Below are positions 1 through 7,165 of a stretch of 64,000 nt of DNA, piece after piece. Position 1 is the stretch's first letter, and each line of letters begins with the position of its first letter. Location of the stretch: positions 68,077-132,076 of IMG/VR virus record IMGVR_UViG_3300045988_110853; one strand, given 5' to 3'. This DNA comes from a virus. The notes beneath the pieces were generated by a model. That model worked only from the letters and a program-made list of their open reading frames with translations. It did not search any database and was not told the origin of the DNA. The position numbers and the translations under genes are program-made.

Positions 1-30
1 GTGTTTTTTTCAAAATTTTTGCGGTCTTTC

Positions 31-174
31 TCAATATACGAAAAATAAGAAATTAAGCAAAATTAGCACAGGAATAGCGTAGACGATATTAAAAGAGTCC
101 CACCCGAGACTTTCACAGGCGTAAGCAAAAATAAAGCCAAAAACGAGGCCGAAAATGCCGATTAAAATAATCAT
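31..174 (-). CDS. small membrane protein (about 47 aa, two hydrophobic helices)
   Basis: Start ATG overlaps the TGA stop of the upstream gene (ATGA coupling). An AGAGGA Shine-Dalgarno sits 6 nt upstream. The coordinates are trimmed from the track ORF 31..216. Confidence 0.4.
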   Translation of the reverse strand: MIILIGIFGLVFGFIFAYACESLGWDSFNIVYAIPVLILLNFLFFVY

Positions 175-434
175 TCTAAATCCTCTATATGACCATAGTG
201 TTCGTTGATATGCCATTCAAGATAGGCATTAGTCGCAATCTGAATTTCCCTATCCAGCCAATCATAAAACTCTTCGGGGTCGCAGGTCGCGCGTTCATCA
301 ATAATATCAATAAGAGAAACGCGATGAGCGAGAAATTCCGAAATATCAAGAGAATCCATAGAAGAAAGAAGTTCTTCCACACATTCTCCGCGAGTAGGGA
401 ACTTTTCAGTAGAAAAATCGTGAGTGTAATACAT
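171..434 (-). CDS. hypothetical early protein (87 aa)
   Basis: Intact ORF with an AAAGGGGA ribosome-binding site 7 nt upstream. A promoter (TAGACA-N17-TATACT) lies at 466-494. The stop codon is TGA. Confidence 0.6.
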   Translation of the reverse strand: MYYTHDFSTEKFPTRGECVEELLSSMDSLDISEFLAHRVSLIDIIDERATCDPEEFYDWLDREIQIATNAYLEWHINEHYGHIEDLE

Positions 435-465
435 TGTTTATATCCCCTTTCTTTACTGTAAACAT

Positions 466-494
466 AGTATAGCAGATTATTACATTTTTGTCTA
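466..494 (-). promoter_or_regulatory. sigma-A-type promoter TAGACA-N17-TATACT
   Basis: The hexamers were read directly. It lies upstream of gene 171-434. Confidence 0.5.
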
Positions 495-552
495 TTGGTA
501 AAATACACAAATTTAGGAAAATAATTAGTTGTATTTTTAGCTAAATTTCCTA

Positions 553-581
553 TTGACAAATTGCTGGGACGGTGGTATAAT
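553..581 (+). promoter_or_regulatory. plus-strand consensus promoter TTGACA-N17-TATAAT, convergent with the early genes
   Basis: Read directly. It is followed by a GC hairpin (589-617) and then terminator 661-696. Confidence 0.5.
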
Positions 582-591
582 GGAAATTCCG

Positions 592-700
592 GCCGTGGCA
601 GGCGCAAACGGCCGGCCATTTTATCACACTATTGGATTTTTGTCAATAGGTAAAATGACTAAAAAAATGAGGTGAATTTTCACCTCATTTTTATTTGTGA
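592..700 (+). ncRNA. candidate antisense small RNA of about 105 nt (promoter 553-581, GC hairpin, terminator)
   Basis: A promoter, a structured GC stem-loop and a rho-independent terminator lie on the plus strand with no plus-strand ORF. Confidence 0.25.
661..696. terminator. hairpin GAGGTGA-attttc-ACCTC flanked by an A-run and a T-run (bidirectional terminator)
   Basis: Read directly. Confidence 0.6.
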
Positions 701-870
701 TAACTGGTAGTGATGGTTTTGAAAATCTGATAAATGCTTTCATCTTCCAGTAGCTTCTGGATAAAAGCATCAGCTTCTTCCTCGGAATCAAAACTAACCC
801 GATTGTCATAATACTGATCCCAAGGATTCTTACCGCTGTATTCGACACTGAATGTCTTTTCAATTTCCAT
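691..870 (-). CDS. hypothetical acidic protein (59 aa; MEIEKTFSVEYSGKNPWDQYYDNR...)
   Basis: Hand-translated; it falls below the ORF-track length cut-off. A GAGGGGAG ribosome-binding site precedes it and the stop is TAA. The overlapping track ORF 624..863 looks non-protein-like and runs across a terminator. Confidence 0.5.
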   Translation of the reverse strand: MEIEKTFSVEYSGKNPWDQYYDNRVSFDSEEEADAFIQKLLEDESIYQIFKTITTSYHK

Positions 871-872
871 TT

Positions 873-1064
873 TTAGTTCTCCCCTCTCATTGACCGCTCA
901 TAATTCTCAATCATGCAACGAACCATCATACCGCCGACGGAATAAGAAGGGGCAGGCTTGCCATTCACATAGTCCTTGATGATGATTTTTTCATCTTCGT
1001 TTAACTGGTTAATGCCCTCTTTGATAGCGTTAATGAGTTCCCAATTGTAAGAAGTTTCAAGCAT
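873..1064 (-). CDS. hypothetical protein (63 aa)
   Basis: Start assigned at MLETSYN with an AAAGGAAAGGA ribosome-binding site. The promoter TTGACA-N17-TATAAT at 1095-1123 is embedded in a hairpin. Confidence 0.55.
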   Translation of the reverse strand: MLETSYNWELINAIKEGINQLNEDEKIIIKDYVNGKPAPSYSVGGMMVRCMIENYERSMRGEN

Positions 1065-1094
1065 TTTTATCAATTCCTTTCCTTTGATGGTTTT

Positions 1095-1123
1095 ATTATA
1101 GCACAAGGGGCTTATTTTGTCAA
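1095..1123 (-). promoter_or_regulatory. consensus promoter TTGACA-N17-TATAAT embedded in hairpin 1101-1134
   Basis: The -35 lies in the hairpin loop and the -10 immediately 3' of the stem. Confidence 0.6.
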
Positions 1124-1142
1124 GCCCCTTGTGCTATTTTTT

Positions 1143-1595
1143 TTAGCGCTCAGATACGATACTCAGATAGCGGTTAATCATATCCATTTCGCAACCCATG
1201 TCCCGCCAATCGCAAACCACATACCCAATGAGTTCGCCGTCTGTGGTAATCGGATAAACGCCGTAAGTGCTATTATAAGCAAATGGCTTTCTTTCATCTT
1301 CCCAATCAATAGGAGTGTAGGCCGGGAAGTTTTCCATACCCCGCAGTTTCACGGTAGTGTCATAGATTGCAATAGGACGCAGACCGGAATTTGATGCCAT
1401 TGTAATAGCGGTTCGCATAGCATCTTCGCTCAGCGAGCCAAGCACCGAATACCTCTTGAAGCAAACGCAGTCGTTATCTTCAATGAAGATTTCCAGCGGG
1501 TCGCCCTCGCGGATTTTCAGAGTGCGCCGAATCTCTTTCGGGATAACCACACGTCCAAGGTCATCAATTCTGCGAACAATACCAGTAGCTTTCAT
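1143..1595 (-). CDS. AbrB/SpoVT-family (swapped-hairpin, MazE-fold) DNA-binding regulator with an extra C-terminal domain of about 100 aa
   Basis: The N-terminus MKATGIVRRIDDLGRVVIPKEIRRTLKIREGDPLEIF closely resembles the Bacillus AbrB/SpoVT N-domain (MKSTGIVRKVDELGRVVIPIELRRTL...). The gene has its own promoter at 1626-1654 and an AAAGGGG ribosome-binding site. Confidence 0.75.
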   Translation of the reverse strand: MKATGIVRRIDDLGRVVIPKEIRRTLKIREGDPLEIFIEDNDCVCFKRYSVLGSLSEDAMRTAITMASNSGLRPIAIYDTTVKLRGMENFPAYTPIDWEDERKPFAYNSTYGVYPITTDGELIGYVVCDWRDMGCEMDMINRYLSIVSER

Positions 1596-1625
1596 TTTAA
1601 TTTTCCCCTTTCATTTGATACATTA

Positions 1626-1654
1626 AGTATAGCAGAACAAAAGACTTTTGTCAA
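1626..1654 (-). promoter_or_regulatory. promoter TTGACA-N17-TATACT for the AbrB-like gene
   Basis: Read directly. Confidence 0.6.
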
Positions 1655-1659
1655 GCCTT

Positions 1660-2133
1660 TTATTCAAGATTTTTGCTTTCCGCGACAAAATATTTTGCTT
1701 CATACTGATTTGCGATAGCCTTGACTTTTGCGCTTTCCTTTTGGGTCGCGCAGTAAAAATTGAAAAGCGTATGTTTATCGCTCAATTCAATGTAAGAGTG
1801 TGGGACGTCATGTAAATCAAAATCAATGGTATTAGTGTATTTTGTCGGGACAGTCAGCTCGACTTTCCAAAGTTTATCCTTGCGCGCCTTTTCCTCAATC
1901 CACTTGACAAGGTAAACGCCCACGAAATTACAAACGGCAGTAATAGCCATTTTCAACCAAATAGGCATACCGTCCGCGGAAGTCAGCACAATTACATAGG
2001 AATAAAAACCGTATGTAATAGCATTGATGAAAGATGCGCTAAACTTTCCGCCCTTGACAGTCAAAATGCTTTTGATAGTTGACAGAATCACATTCACCGC
2101 CGTGCAAAGCGCGAACAGAAGAATTGTATTCAT
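1660..2133 (-). CDS. membrane protein (N-terminal TM helices plus a soluble C-terminus), 157 aa
   Basis: Intact ORF with hydrophobic N-terminal segments. The stop is TAA. Its start overlaps the stop of the next gene (ATGA). Confidence 0.55.
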   Translation of the reverse strand: MNTILLFALCTAVNVILSTIKSILTVKGGKFSASFINAITYGFYSYVIVLTSADGMPIWLKMAITAVCNFVGVYLVKWIEEKARKDKLWKVELTVPTKYTNTIDFDLHDVPHSYIELSDKHTLFNFYCATQKESAKVKAIANQYEAKYFVAESKNLE

Positions 2134-2369
2134 TCAATCACCTCAATATCGCAGTAAATACAGTCGGTAATATCGACGTATTCTTCAAAACTCATTCGCT
2201 TATCATCGCGGTGTGTAAAGTCAATGTAAGCATTTTCACCGTGGAGATTGTTTTCTTCATTGTAGGCGTGAGTGGCGTAGTCAAAAGCCTTGATAGCATC
2301 GGCTTCATTATAGACTACAATTTCCTTGACTTCGGGAGCATCATACCAAATAGTATATTTCTTTTTCAT
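2130..2369 (-). CDS. hypothetical protein (79 aa)
   Basis: Start at MKKKYTIWYD with an AAAGGAAAGGG ribosome-binding site. The track start is upstream at a GTG. The stop is TGA. Confidence 0.55.
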   Translation of the reverse strand: MKKKYTIWYDAPEVKEIVVYNEADAIKAFDYATHAYNEENNLHGENAYIDFTHRDDKRMSFEEYVDITDCIYCDIEVIE

Positions 2370-2442
2370 TATTATCACCCTTTCCTTTTTCTATTATAAT
2401 AATATCATATTATAATAGAAATGTCAATAGAGAGTTTTTAAT

Positions 2443-2601
2443 TTACTCTTTTAATTTTTCTAATAGGTCATCAGCACATTCATAGCTGATGCTCCGGCGG
2501 TCGCACTCGTTGGACAAAGGACAACAAGCGCAGTCATTAAAGGTTTCCGTCCAAGAGCGCAACCAGTCAATCAGGCGTAGAGTATCAACTTCTTCATACA
2601 T
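2443..2601 (-). CDS. cysteine-rich small protein (52 aa; ...CACCPLSNECDRR...)
   Basis: Hand-translated. An AAAGGAG ribosome-binding site lies 8 nt upstream. It overlaps the stop of the upstream gene and ends in TAA. Confidence 0.45.
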   Translation of the reverse strand: MYEEVDTLRLIDWLRSWTETFNDCACCPLSNECDRRSISYECADDLLEKLKE

Positions 2602-2938
2602 TGTTTTCAGTCTCCTTTACTCGGACAAAAAAGACCTTGTTATAGATTTTTGTTGCTTTAAGGTCAATCCAAAAATACACATTTCCGCATACTCGATAGA
2701 TTTTACAAGTTTCTCCGCTAACCTTTTTGACTTCCTCAAACTTCTCGGGCGTAGTAGGGTGGAAAATTGTCAGTTTGAGAAACATCGAATAGAAAGTTAA
2801 AGGAACGAACCCGATAATAATAGCAATCCACGCGAGAATGTCAGTTAAGGTATTTCTCCATTCACACCATTCATCAGTAATTGTAGCGAACGCAATACCC
2901 ACACAAAACGCGAGAATCAACCAATACCAAGCTACCAT
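2594..2938 (-). CDS. membrane protein (114 aa)
   Basis: Intact ORF with hydrophobic N-terminal helices and an AAAGGGGGGGA ribosome-binding site. Confidence 0.55.
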   Translation of the reverse strand: MVAWYWLILAFCVGIAFATITDEWCEWRNTLTDILAWIAIIIGFVPLTFYSMFLKLTIFHPTTPEKFEEVKKVSGETCKIYRVCGNVYFWIDLKATKIYNKVFFVRVKETENNV

Positions 2939-2989
2939 TGTTTTATCCCCCCTTTATTTGATGTATACATTTTACCAGATTATGGGAAT

Positions 2990-3166
2990 TTTGTCTATTG
3001 GCAGAATAGCCAAAAATCCGCTCGAAAATTTGTTGAATCTACATCTTGACAAAAACTCGGCGCGCCACAGTCGTTCGCGCGCCGGCCATTTTATCACATT
3101 TAAGGAACTTTGTCAATAGTGAAATTAAACAAAAAAAATCTCCCAAATTTGGGAGATTTTTCATTT
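2990..3166. repeat. intergenic cassette copy B (stem CGGCGCGCC..GGCGCGCCG, covariant with copy A)
   Basis: The stem-loop lies at 3050-3078 and is followed by ggccattttatcac as in copy A. Confidence 0.6.
3131..3166. terminator. hairpin TCTCCCAAATTTGGGAGA with flanking A/T runs
   Basis: Read directly. Confidence 0.6.
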
Positions 3167-3332
3167 AATTTTCTACTGCTTCAAGGTCGGCGAGAATGGG
3201 GATAAGCTTATCCTCAATGAGCGAAACGCGGTTAATCATTTCTTGGTCGGGGGTAGGAAGCTTCTGAATCCCATAACGCGCCATCATACAGACCTTTTCG
3301 ACAACTTCGCTAAGCTTTTCCTTATTTTCCAT
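3165..3332 (-). CDS. hypothetical protein (55 aa)
   Basis: Start at MENKEKL with a TAAGGAGA ribosome-binding site. The stop is TAA and a terminator follows at 3131-3166. Confidence 0.5.
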   Translation of the reverse strand: MENKEKLSEVVEKVCMMARYGIQKLPTPDQEMINRVSLIEDKLIPILADLEAVEN

Positions 3333-3441
3333 TTTTCTATTCTCCTTAAAATAAATTTTTTGGAAAGGGTGGCAGTTGATAGGCTCAACTGCCAAAGCCA
3401 TAGGAAAGGGGGAGAGAAACGCGAACAAATGTTCGGTTTTA

Positions 3442-3681
3442 TCAGGGAATAATCAGTTCCGCATCGTAGACAGGCCGAACCATACAGGGCGCGCCAAAGC
3501 AGTCGAGATTGTAAGTGTCCAAATTGAGAGCGTTCCATTCTTCTGCGCCGGTATTTTCATCAACCACTGACGCAGTTTTGATGTAATAGACGTTTCCGGA
3601 AGCGGGGTCTTGAAAAATCATACCTTCGGGGAGGTCTTCAAATGCAACCATTTTGTTGCTATGCTTAACAGTAATTTTCAT
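3442..3681 (-). CDS. hypothetical protein (79 aa)
   Basis: An AAGGAG ribosome-binding site lies 8 nt upstream of the ATG (MKITVK...). The stop is TGA. Confidence 0.55.
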   Translation of the reverse strand: MKITVKHSNKMVAFEDLPEGMIFQDPASGNVYYIKTASVVDENTGAEEWNALNLDTYNLDCFGAPCMVRPVYDAELIIP

Positions 3682-3686
3682 TTCAT

Positions 3687-4040
3687 TCACTCCTTATTAT
3701 AAAAGCGGTAAGCCCATTCAACGATTTCGTGGCTTGTAGTAGTCCATTCCTTTTTGGGGCTGTCAAACTTTTCCGCGTATTTTTTGACGTAGTCGTTGTA
3801 TTCCATGCGTGCGGTATCGTATGCTCCAATAGCTACAAGCAAGGACTGTTTTGCTTTTTCAGCATCAGAGACGGCTTTCTTGCGGTCTGCGCCCTCGGGG
3901 TAAAGGTCGATTACGCCTAAACGAGTAATGACTTGTGTTGTTTTTTCATACACGCGGTCGCGCTCTTCCCAAACCTCATAGAGCAGTTCGTCCGCGCGAT
4001 TCTCATAGGGATTGAATGGCTTTTTCTTCTTACCGAACAT
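3687..4040 (-). CDS. hypothetical protein (117 aa, MFGKKKKPFNPYENRADELLYEVWEERDRV...)
   Basis: The C-terminal 117 aa of the track ORF 3687..4328 are protein-like. The upstream part runs through intergenic sequence and the stop of the next gene. Confidence 0.5.
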   Translation of the reverse strand: MFGKKKKPFNPYENRADELLYEVWEERDRVYEKTTQVITRLGVIDLYPEGADRKKAVSDAEKAKQSLLVAIGAYDTARMEYNDYVKKYAEKFDSPKKEWTTTSHEIVEWAYRFYNKE

Positions 4041-4368
4041 TTTTCTTTTTCTCCTTTTCTTTCTTGTTCCAAATTCTGTCGAAGAACGCATTTGCGAGAA
4101 CACGCTTGTAAAGGTTATCAGGCATAGGGCGTTCGCCGTGCTTATTTCTCCAAATCGCGGTGATTTTATCAATATCCGCGATATAGGCGGTAATGAGTGT
4201 GCCGTCCGTAGCACTACGAACAAGAAGAACGCCTGTTGTAGTGATAGTGTAGAGGACATCTTCCTCAACGCTGTCGATATATGGCTCACCAATACCGATA
4301 TTGTCATAGATGAAGAACAAGCGGTCAATGCGGTCTTGCGTGGCGTGTTTTGACATTCTGATAAGCAT
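4030..4368 (-). CDS. hypothetical protein (112 aa)
   Basis: Start at MLIRMSK with an AGAAAGAGG ribosome-binding site. A promoter lies at 4406-4434. Confidence 0.55.
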   Translation of the reverse strand: MLIRMSKHATQDRIDRLFFIYDNIGIGEPYIDSVEEDVLYTITTTGVLLVRSATDGTLITAYIADIDKITAIWRNKHGERPMPDNLYKRVLANAFFDRIWNKKEKEKKKNVR

Positions 4369-4405
4369 TTGATTTACCTCTTTCTTTCTCTCTTGGATTG
4401 ATTGT

Positions 4406-4434
4406 ATTATACCATATAGGGAGGGGCTTGTCAA
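4406..4434 (-). promoter_or_regulatory. promoter TTGACA-N17-TATAAT within hairpin GGGAGGGGCTTGTCAAGCCCCT
   Basis: Read directly. Confidence 0.6.
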
Positions 4435-4440
4435 GCCCCT

Positions 4441-4590
4441 TTAATACAATTGTTCCCCATCGTGGTAGCGCTCATATTCCGCTTCAAGGAAGTCGAGAAT
4501 AGTTTCAAAGTCGTCTGCGTCCGCGGGGTCTGCAAAGGTCTTTTCAAGAACTTCGTTAGTGTGTCTATTGTAAACTCGAACCATATCCAT
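4441..4590 (-). CDS. hypothetical acidic protein (49 aa, MDMVRVYNRHTNEVLEKTFADPADADDFETILDFLEAEYERYHDGEQLY)
   Basis: Hand-translated with an AGAAAGAGGTAAG ribosome-binding site. The stop is TAA. Confidence 0.45.
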   Translation of the reverse strand: MDMVRVYNRHTNEVLEKTFADPADADDFETILDFLEAEYERYHDGEQLY

Positions 4591-4659
4591 TTTACTTACC
4601 TCTTTCTTGATTGTATATGTATTATATCATGCGAAAGGGCTTTTGTCAAGCCCTTTTTA

Positions 4660-4866
4660 TCAGAAATGATAATTTCTGATGATGACGTCGAACTTGGGAG
4701 CATATACGGTTTTCCACTGTTCTTCAAGGGTCTTATCATTCGTGCGATATGCTTCCCACGAGACTGCGCCATAGGCGTTGTGCTTGAAAAGCTCGGCATC
4801 ACTGGGCATTTGCTCGGCATAGAGAAGCTGGGTCTTGATAAAAGAATGAATGTTGTAGTTAGTCAT
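4660..4866 (-). CDS. hypothetical protein (68 aa)
   Basis: Start at MTNYNIHS. It has a conserved leader with a GAGGT ribosome-binding site. A promoter TAGACA-N17-TATACT lies at 4906-4934. Confidence 0.5.
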   Translation of the reverse strand: MTNYNIHSFIKTQLLYAEQMPSDAELFKHNAYGAVSWEAYRTNDKTLEEQWKTVYAPKFDVIIRNYHF

Positions 4867-4905
4867 TTTATTTACCTCATCTTTCTGTTCCCTTGGAACA
4901 ATTAT

Positions 4906-4934
4906 AGTATAGCAAATGCTTAGGCATTTGTCTA
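4906..4934 (-). promoter_or_regulatory. promoter TAGACA-N17-TATACT
   Basis: It lies upstream of the conserved leader of gene 4660-4866. Confidence 0.5.
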
Positions 4935-4944
4935 TTGACGGATC

Positions 4945-4974
4945 GCACAAAATTGGGAAAAATAATTTGTGCAA
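4945..4974. promoter_or_regulatory. inverted repeat GCACAAAATT-N9-AATTTGTGCAA (operator-like)
   Basis: Read directly. Confidence 0.4.
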
Positions 4975-4992
4975 ATTTTCGCAACTTTTTGC

Positions 4993-5021
4993 TTGACAAA
5001 TTGCTGGCCCTGTGATATACT
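4993..5021 (+). promoter_or_regulatory. plus-strand promoter TTGACA-N17-TATACT, convergent with the early genes
   Basis: Same architecture as 553-581. A GC hairpin lies at 5029-5055 and a terminator at 5109-5140. Confidence 0.5.
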
Positions 5022-5029
5022 GAAAATTC

Positions 5030-5140
5030 CGGCCGCAGCGTGCGTTGGCGGCCGGCCGAATTATACCACATTGAGATGGTTTTGTCAATAGTCAAATGAA
5101 ACAAAAATTTCAGGCGAGATTTGGTTATCTCGCCTGAAAA
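5030..5140 (+). ncRNA. candidate antisense small RNA of about 105 nt, a paralogue of the 592-700 element
   Basis: Same promoter/hairpin/terminator arrangement as at 592-700. Confidence 0.25.
5109..5140. terminator. hairpin CAGGCGAGAT..ATCTCGCCTG plus AAAA
   Basis: Read directly. Confidence 0.6.
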
Positions 5141-5347
5141 TTATTCGTCCCAAATAGCTCCCGCAATCCAAAAGTATTCATAGCGGAGTTTTGACTGAAT
5201 CGCAAATAAAGAATCTGCGATTTCTCCACCAATTTCCCGGTCATCTGCGACTGAAAGTGTTTGGCTTTCTCGCGCGATTCTTTGCGCCAGCTTTTCAAGG
5301 GCTTCCGCCTGTTCTTTCAAAGCCTGCGGAATAGTTTTTTCATTCAT
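5141..5347 (-). CDS. hypothetical protein (68 aa)
   Basis: Start at MNEKTIP with a GGAAAGGGG ribosome-binding site. The stop is TAA. Confidence 0.5.
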   Translation of the reverse strand: MNEKTIPQALKEQAEALEKLAQRIARESQTLSVADDREIGGEIADSLFAIQSKLRYEYFWIAGAIWDE

Positions 5348-5349
5348 AA

Positions 5350-5694
5350 TCAATTCCCCTTTCCGAAATTAGAAGTTAATTCTAATGTATGTCCGCACTC
5401 GTCGCAATACCAATAGTAATAAACCGTGCCGTATTTACCATGAGAAGCATTTACAAATTTCATTTCATTTCCGCAGATAGAACAATAGCCATCATTCCAC
5501 GCTTTTTTGTCGGCATTATGTTCTGCGATTATCGCGCCCGTCATACCATAGCCAAGAGCGCACGAAATGAGAATACCGACTAACAATCTCACTATTGGGT
5601 GGTGTTTATCCAGATTACACCAGCAGATAAGGCAAACAAATAGTGCCATAATTGCACTAAGGATTCCACCAATAATTAAGAATTCTGCGCTCAT
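5350..5694 (-). CDS. membrane protein with a C-terminal CxxC...CxxC zinc ribbon (114 aa)
   Basis: Start at MSAEFLIIGG with a GGAAAGGGGAAATAAAAATG ribosome-binding site. The sequence contains ...YCSICGNEM...YCDECGH.... Confidence 0.55.
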   Translation of the reverse strand: MSAEFLIIGGILSAIMALFVCLICWCNLDKHHPIVRLLVGILISCALGYGMTGAIIAEHNADKKAWNDGYCSICGNEMKFVNASHGKYGTVYYYWYCDECGHTLELTSNFGKGN

Positions 5695-5696
5695 TT

Positions 5697-5768
5697 TTAT
5701 TTCCCCTTTCCGCATTTAACGCATTGAGCGTGTGTTCCGCACTTTCCATCGCAATAAGGACATTCCAT
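5697..5768 (-). CDS. possible 23-aa zinc-ribbon microprotein (MECPYCDGKCGTHAQCVKCGKGK)
   Basis: Hand-translated with an AAAGGAAAGGGG ribosome-binding site. A promoter lies at 5799-5827. Its stop overlaps the ribosome-binding site of the next gene. Confidence 0.3.
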   Translation of the reverse strand: MECPYCDGKCGTHAQCVKCGKGK

Positions 5769-5798
5769 TGATTTATTCCCCTTTCCTTTGATACATTA

Positions 5799-5827
5799 AG
5801 TATAGCAGAAAAGGGGCTATTTGTCAA
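5799..5827 (-). promoter_or_regulatory. promoter TTGACA-N17-TATACT within a hairpin
   Basis: Read directly. Confidence 0.55.
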
Positions 5828-5846
5828 GCCCCTTTTCTCATTTTTT

Positions 5847-6209
5847 TTATTTTTCTTTTCTGATGGAATAGTAGGCTCTATTCCCTTTCTGCGTGCGGGT
5901 CAACTTTCTGTCAATCCAACAAAGATAACCGCAATACCACGAAATAGTGGAGCAGGAATATTCTTTGCCAGTTTCACGGTAAAGAATAAACTGAATCTCA
6001 GTAGGACGCAGGGGCTTTTCTGCCTTTGAGAGAACATCGAGCATCATGTTTTTCATCATGGTGTTGCGGATTTCCTGTTTCAGCTTCTGCGCTTCCTTGG
6101 CTTCCTGATACTGTAAGCAAGCCCTCTCCGCGTGAATTTTGTCAATCCCCTCGAAAGTGCCATTGTCAAGAAATTTCTTCAAAAGACTATAAGTTTCACC
6201 GTTAATCAT
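5847..6209 (-). CDS. hypothetical protein, possibly a winged-helix DNA-binding regulator (120 aa)
   Basis: Intact ORF with an AAAGGGGAAC ribosome-binding site. A promoter lies at 6241-6269. The C-terminus ...KGNRAYYSI... resembles a wHTH wing. The call is tentative. Confidence 0.5.
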   Translation of the reverse strand: MINGETYSLLKKFLDNGTFEGIDKIHAERACLQYQEAKEAQKLKQEIRNTMMKNMMLDVLSKAEKPLRPTEIQFILYRETGKEYSCSTISWYCGYLCWIDRKLTRTQKGNRAYYSIRKEK

Positions 6210-6240
6210 TTTGTGTTCCCCTTTCTTTTACTATACTTGT

Positions 6241-6269
6241 ATTATATCATCTACTTCTGGATTTGTCAA
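6241..6269 (-). promoter_or_regulatory. promoter TTGACA-N17-TATAAT
   Basis: Read directly. Confidence 0.6.
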
Positions 6270-6309
6270 GGGCTTTTTGGAAAAAGAGGGAAAAATTTTC
6301 CCTCTTTAT

Positions 6310-6582
6310 TTATCCCCAAAAAACCGAAAGAACGCCGTCAATGTAGCTGGTTTTATAACCATAATTCTGCATGATAGTTTTGCAAGCCTGCTTGACGCCC
6401 TTTTCCTTTAATGAAGCAAGAGAACATTCATAAAGTGTTTCTCCCGTTCCTGCCACTCGCTCAATTTCTGGCATGATGTGGTCTTCGATGAACGCCCGCG
6501 CAAGGGCATTATTTTTAGCTTGAATTTCTTTGCGGACTTCTTCGGCTTTGCGCGTCATTTCATAAGCGTATTTAATTTCCAT
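6310..6582 (-). CDS. hypothetical protein (90 aa)
   Basis: Intact ORF with an AAAGGGAG ribosome-binding site. A promoter lies at 6613-6641. Confidence 0.55.
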   Translation of the reverse strand: MEIKYAYEMTRKAEEVRKEIQAKNNALARAFIEDHIMPEIERVAGTGETLYECSLASLKEKGVKQACKTIMQNYGYKTSYIDGVLSVFWG

Positions 6583-6612
6583 TTTGTTTTCTCCCTTTCT
6601 CTTGATGCTTTT

Positions 6613-6641
6613 ATTATAGCATATAGGGCTTGTTTTGTCAA
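6613..6641 (-). promoter_or_regulatory. promoter TTGACA-N17-TATAAT embedded in hairpin 6617-6650
   Basis: Read directly. Confidence 0.6.
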
Positions 6642-6659
6642 GCCCTATATGCTATTTTT

Positions 6660-6968
6660 TTAGCAGTAGGCGAGATTCCCGCGCGCCCAGCCATATACGC
6701 TGATTTGATTGCACGCTTTGCCAATTTCGAGCGCCTGCTTCTTGGTCTGGACTCTCTTGGACTTGTCGATATAGTAGATGCCATTCGCGAACCAAACACC
6801 GCAGTTTCCGCCATATTCCTTGACCGCGTTAATGGCTTCGCGTGCGGTCTTACATTCCACGCCATCGGTAGCAACCTGCCAGCCGGACTTGTAATTGACT
6901 TTCTTGCCATATTTAAGGGTCAGACCGTCGTTTTCAACGAGCTTACGAATGGAACGAATGTTAATCAT
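6660..6968 (-). CDS. hypothetical phage protein (102 aa)
   Basis: Intact ORF with a GGAAAGGGAAAAC ribosome-binding site. The stop is TAA. The antisense track ORF 6630..7016 is rejected. Confidence 0.55.
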   Translation of the reverse strand: MINIRSIRKLVENDGLTLKYGKKVNYKSGWQVATDGVECKTAREAINAVKEYGGNCGVWFANGIYYIDKSKRVQTKKQALEIGKACNQISVYGWARGNLAYC

Positions 6969-7059
6969 AATGTTTTCCCTTTCCGGTTTGTTTGGGTTTT
7001 CCTTCCCTTACTGTGATTATAGTATAGCACCGATTCGGGATTTTGTCTATTGGCAGAAT

Positions 7060-7089
7060 ACACAAACTTTCACCATAAAAATTGTGCAA
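7060..7089. promoter_or_regulatory. inverted repeat ACACAAA-N14-ATTGTGCAA (operator-like)
   Basis: Read directly. Confidence 0.35.
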
Positions 7090-7165
7090 ATGGTCTATTG
7101 ACAGCAAATTCCGGCCGCGCCTGGCGTGCACGGCCGGCCGAATGAATATGCAAAATGGAGCGTAT

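Larger units (their letters stand above)
486..700. repeat. intergenic cassette copy A (operator-like inverted repeat, TTGACA, GC stem-loop CCGGCCG..CGGCCGG, tttgtcaatag, terminator)
   Basis: It is one of five related cassettes. The stem-loop lies at 589-617. Confidence 0.6.
4925..5140. repeat. intergenic cassette copy C
   Basis: The stem-loop lies at 5029-5055. Confidence 0.6.

Noticed and set aside
624-863. Minus-strand track ORF 624..863 (79 aa)
   Set aside because: It runs through a terminator and the intergenic cassette and has a non-protein-like composition. The alternative 59-aa frame 691..870, which has a ribosome-binding site, is preferred.
3284-3538. Minus-strand track ORF 3284..3538 and N-terminal extensions of 3687..4328, 4030..4434, 4660..5088, 7216..7491 and 10278..10625
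   Set aside because: The extensions read through upstream gene ends and intergenic regions. Internal ATGs with good ribosome-binding sites give sensible starts.
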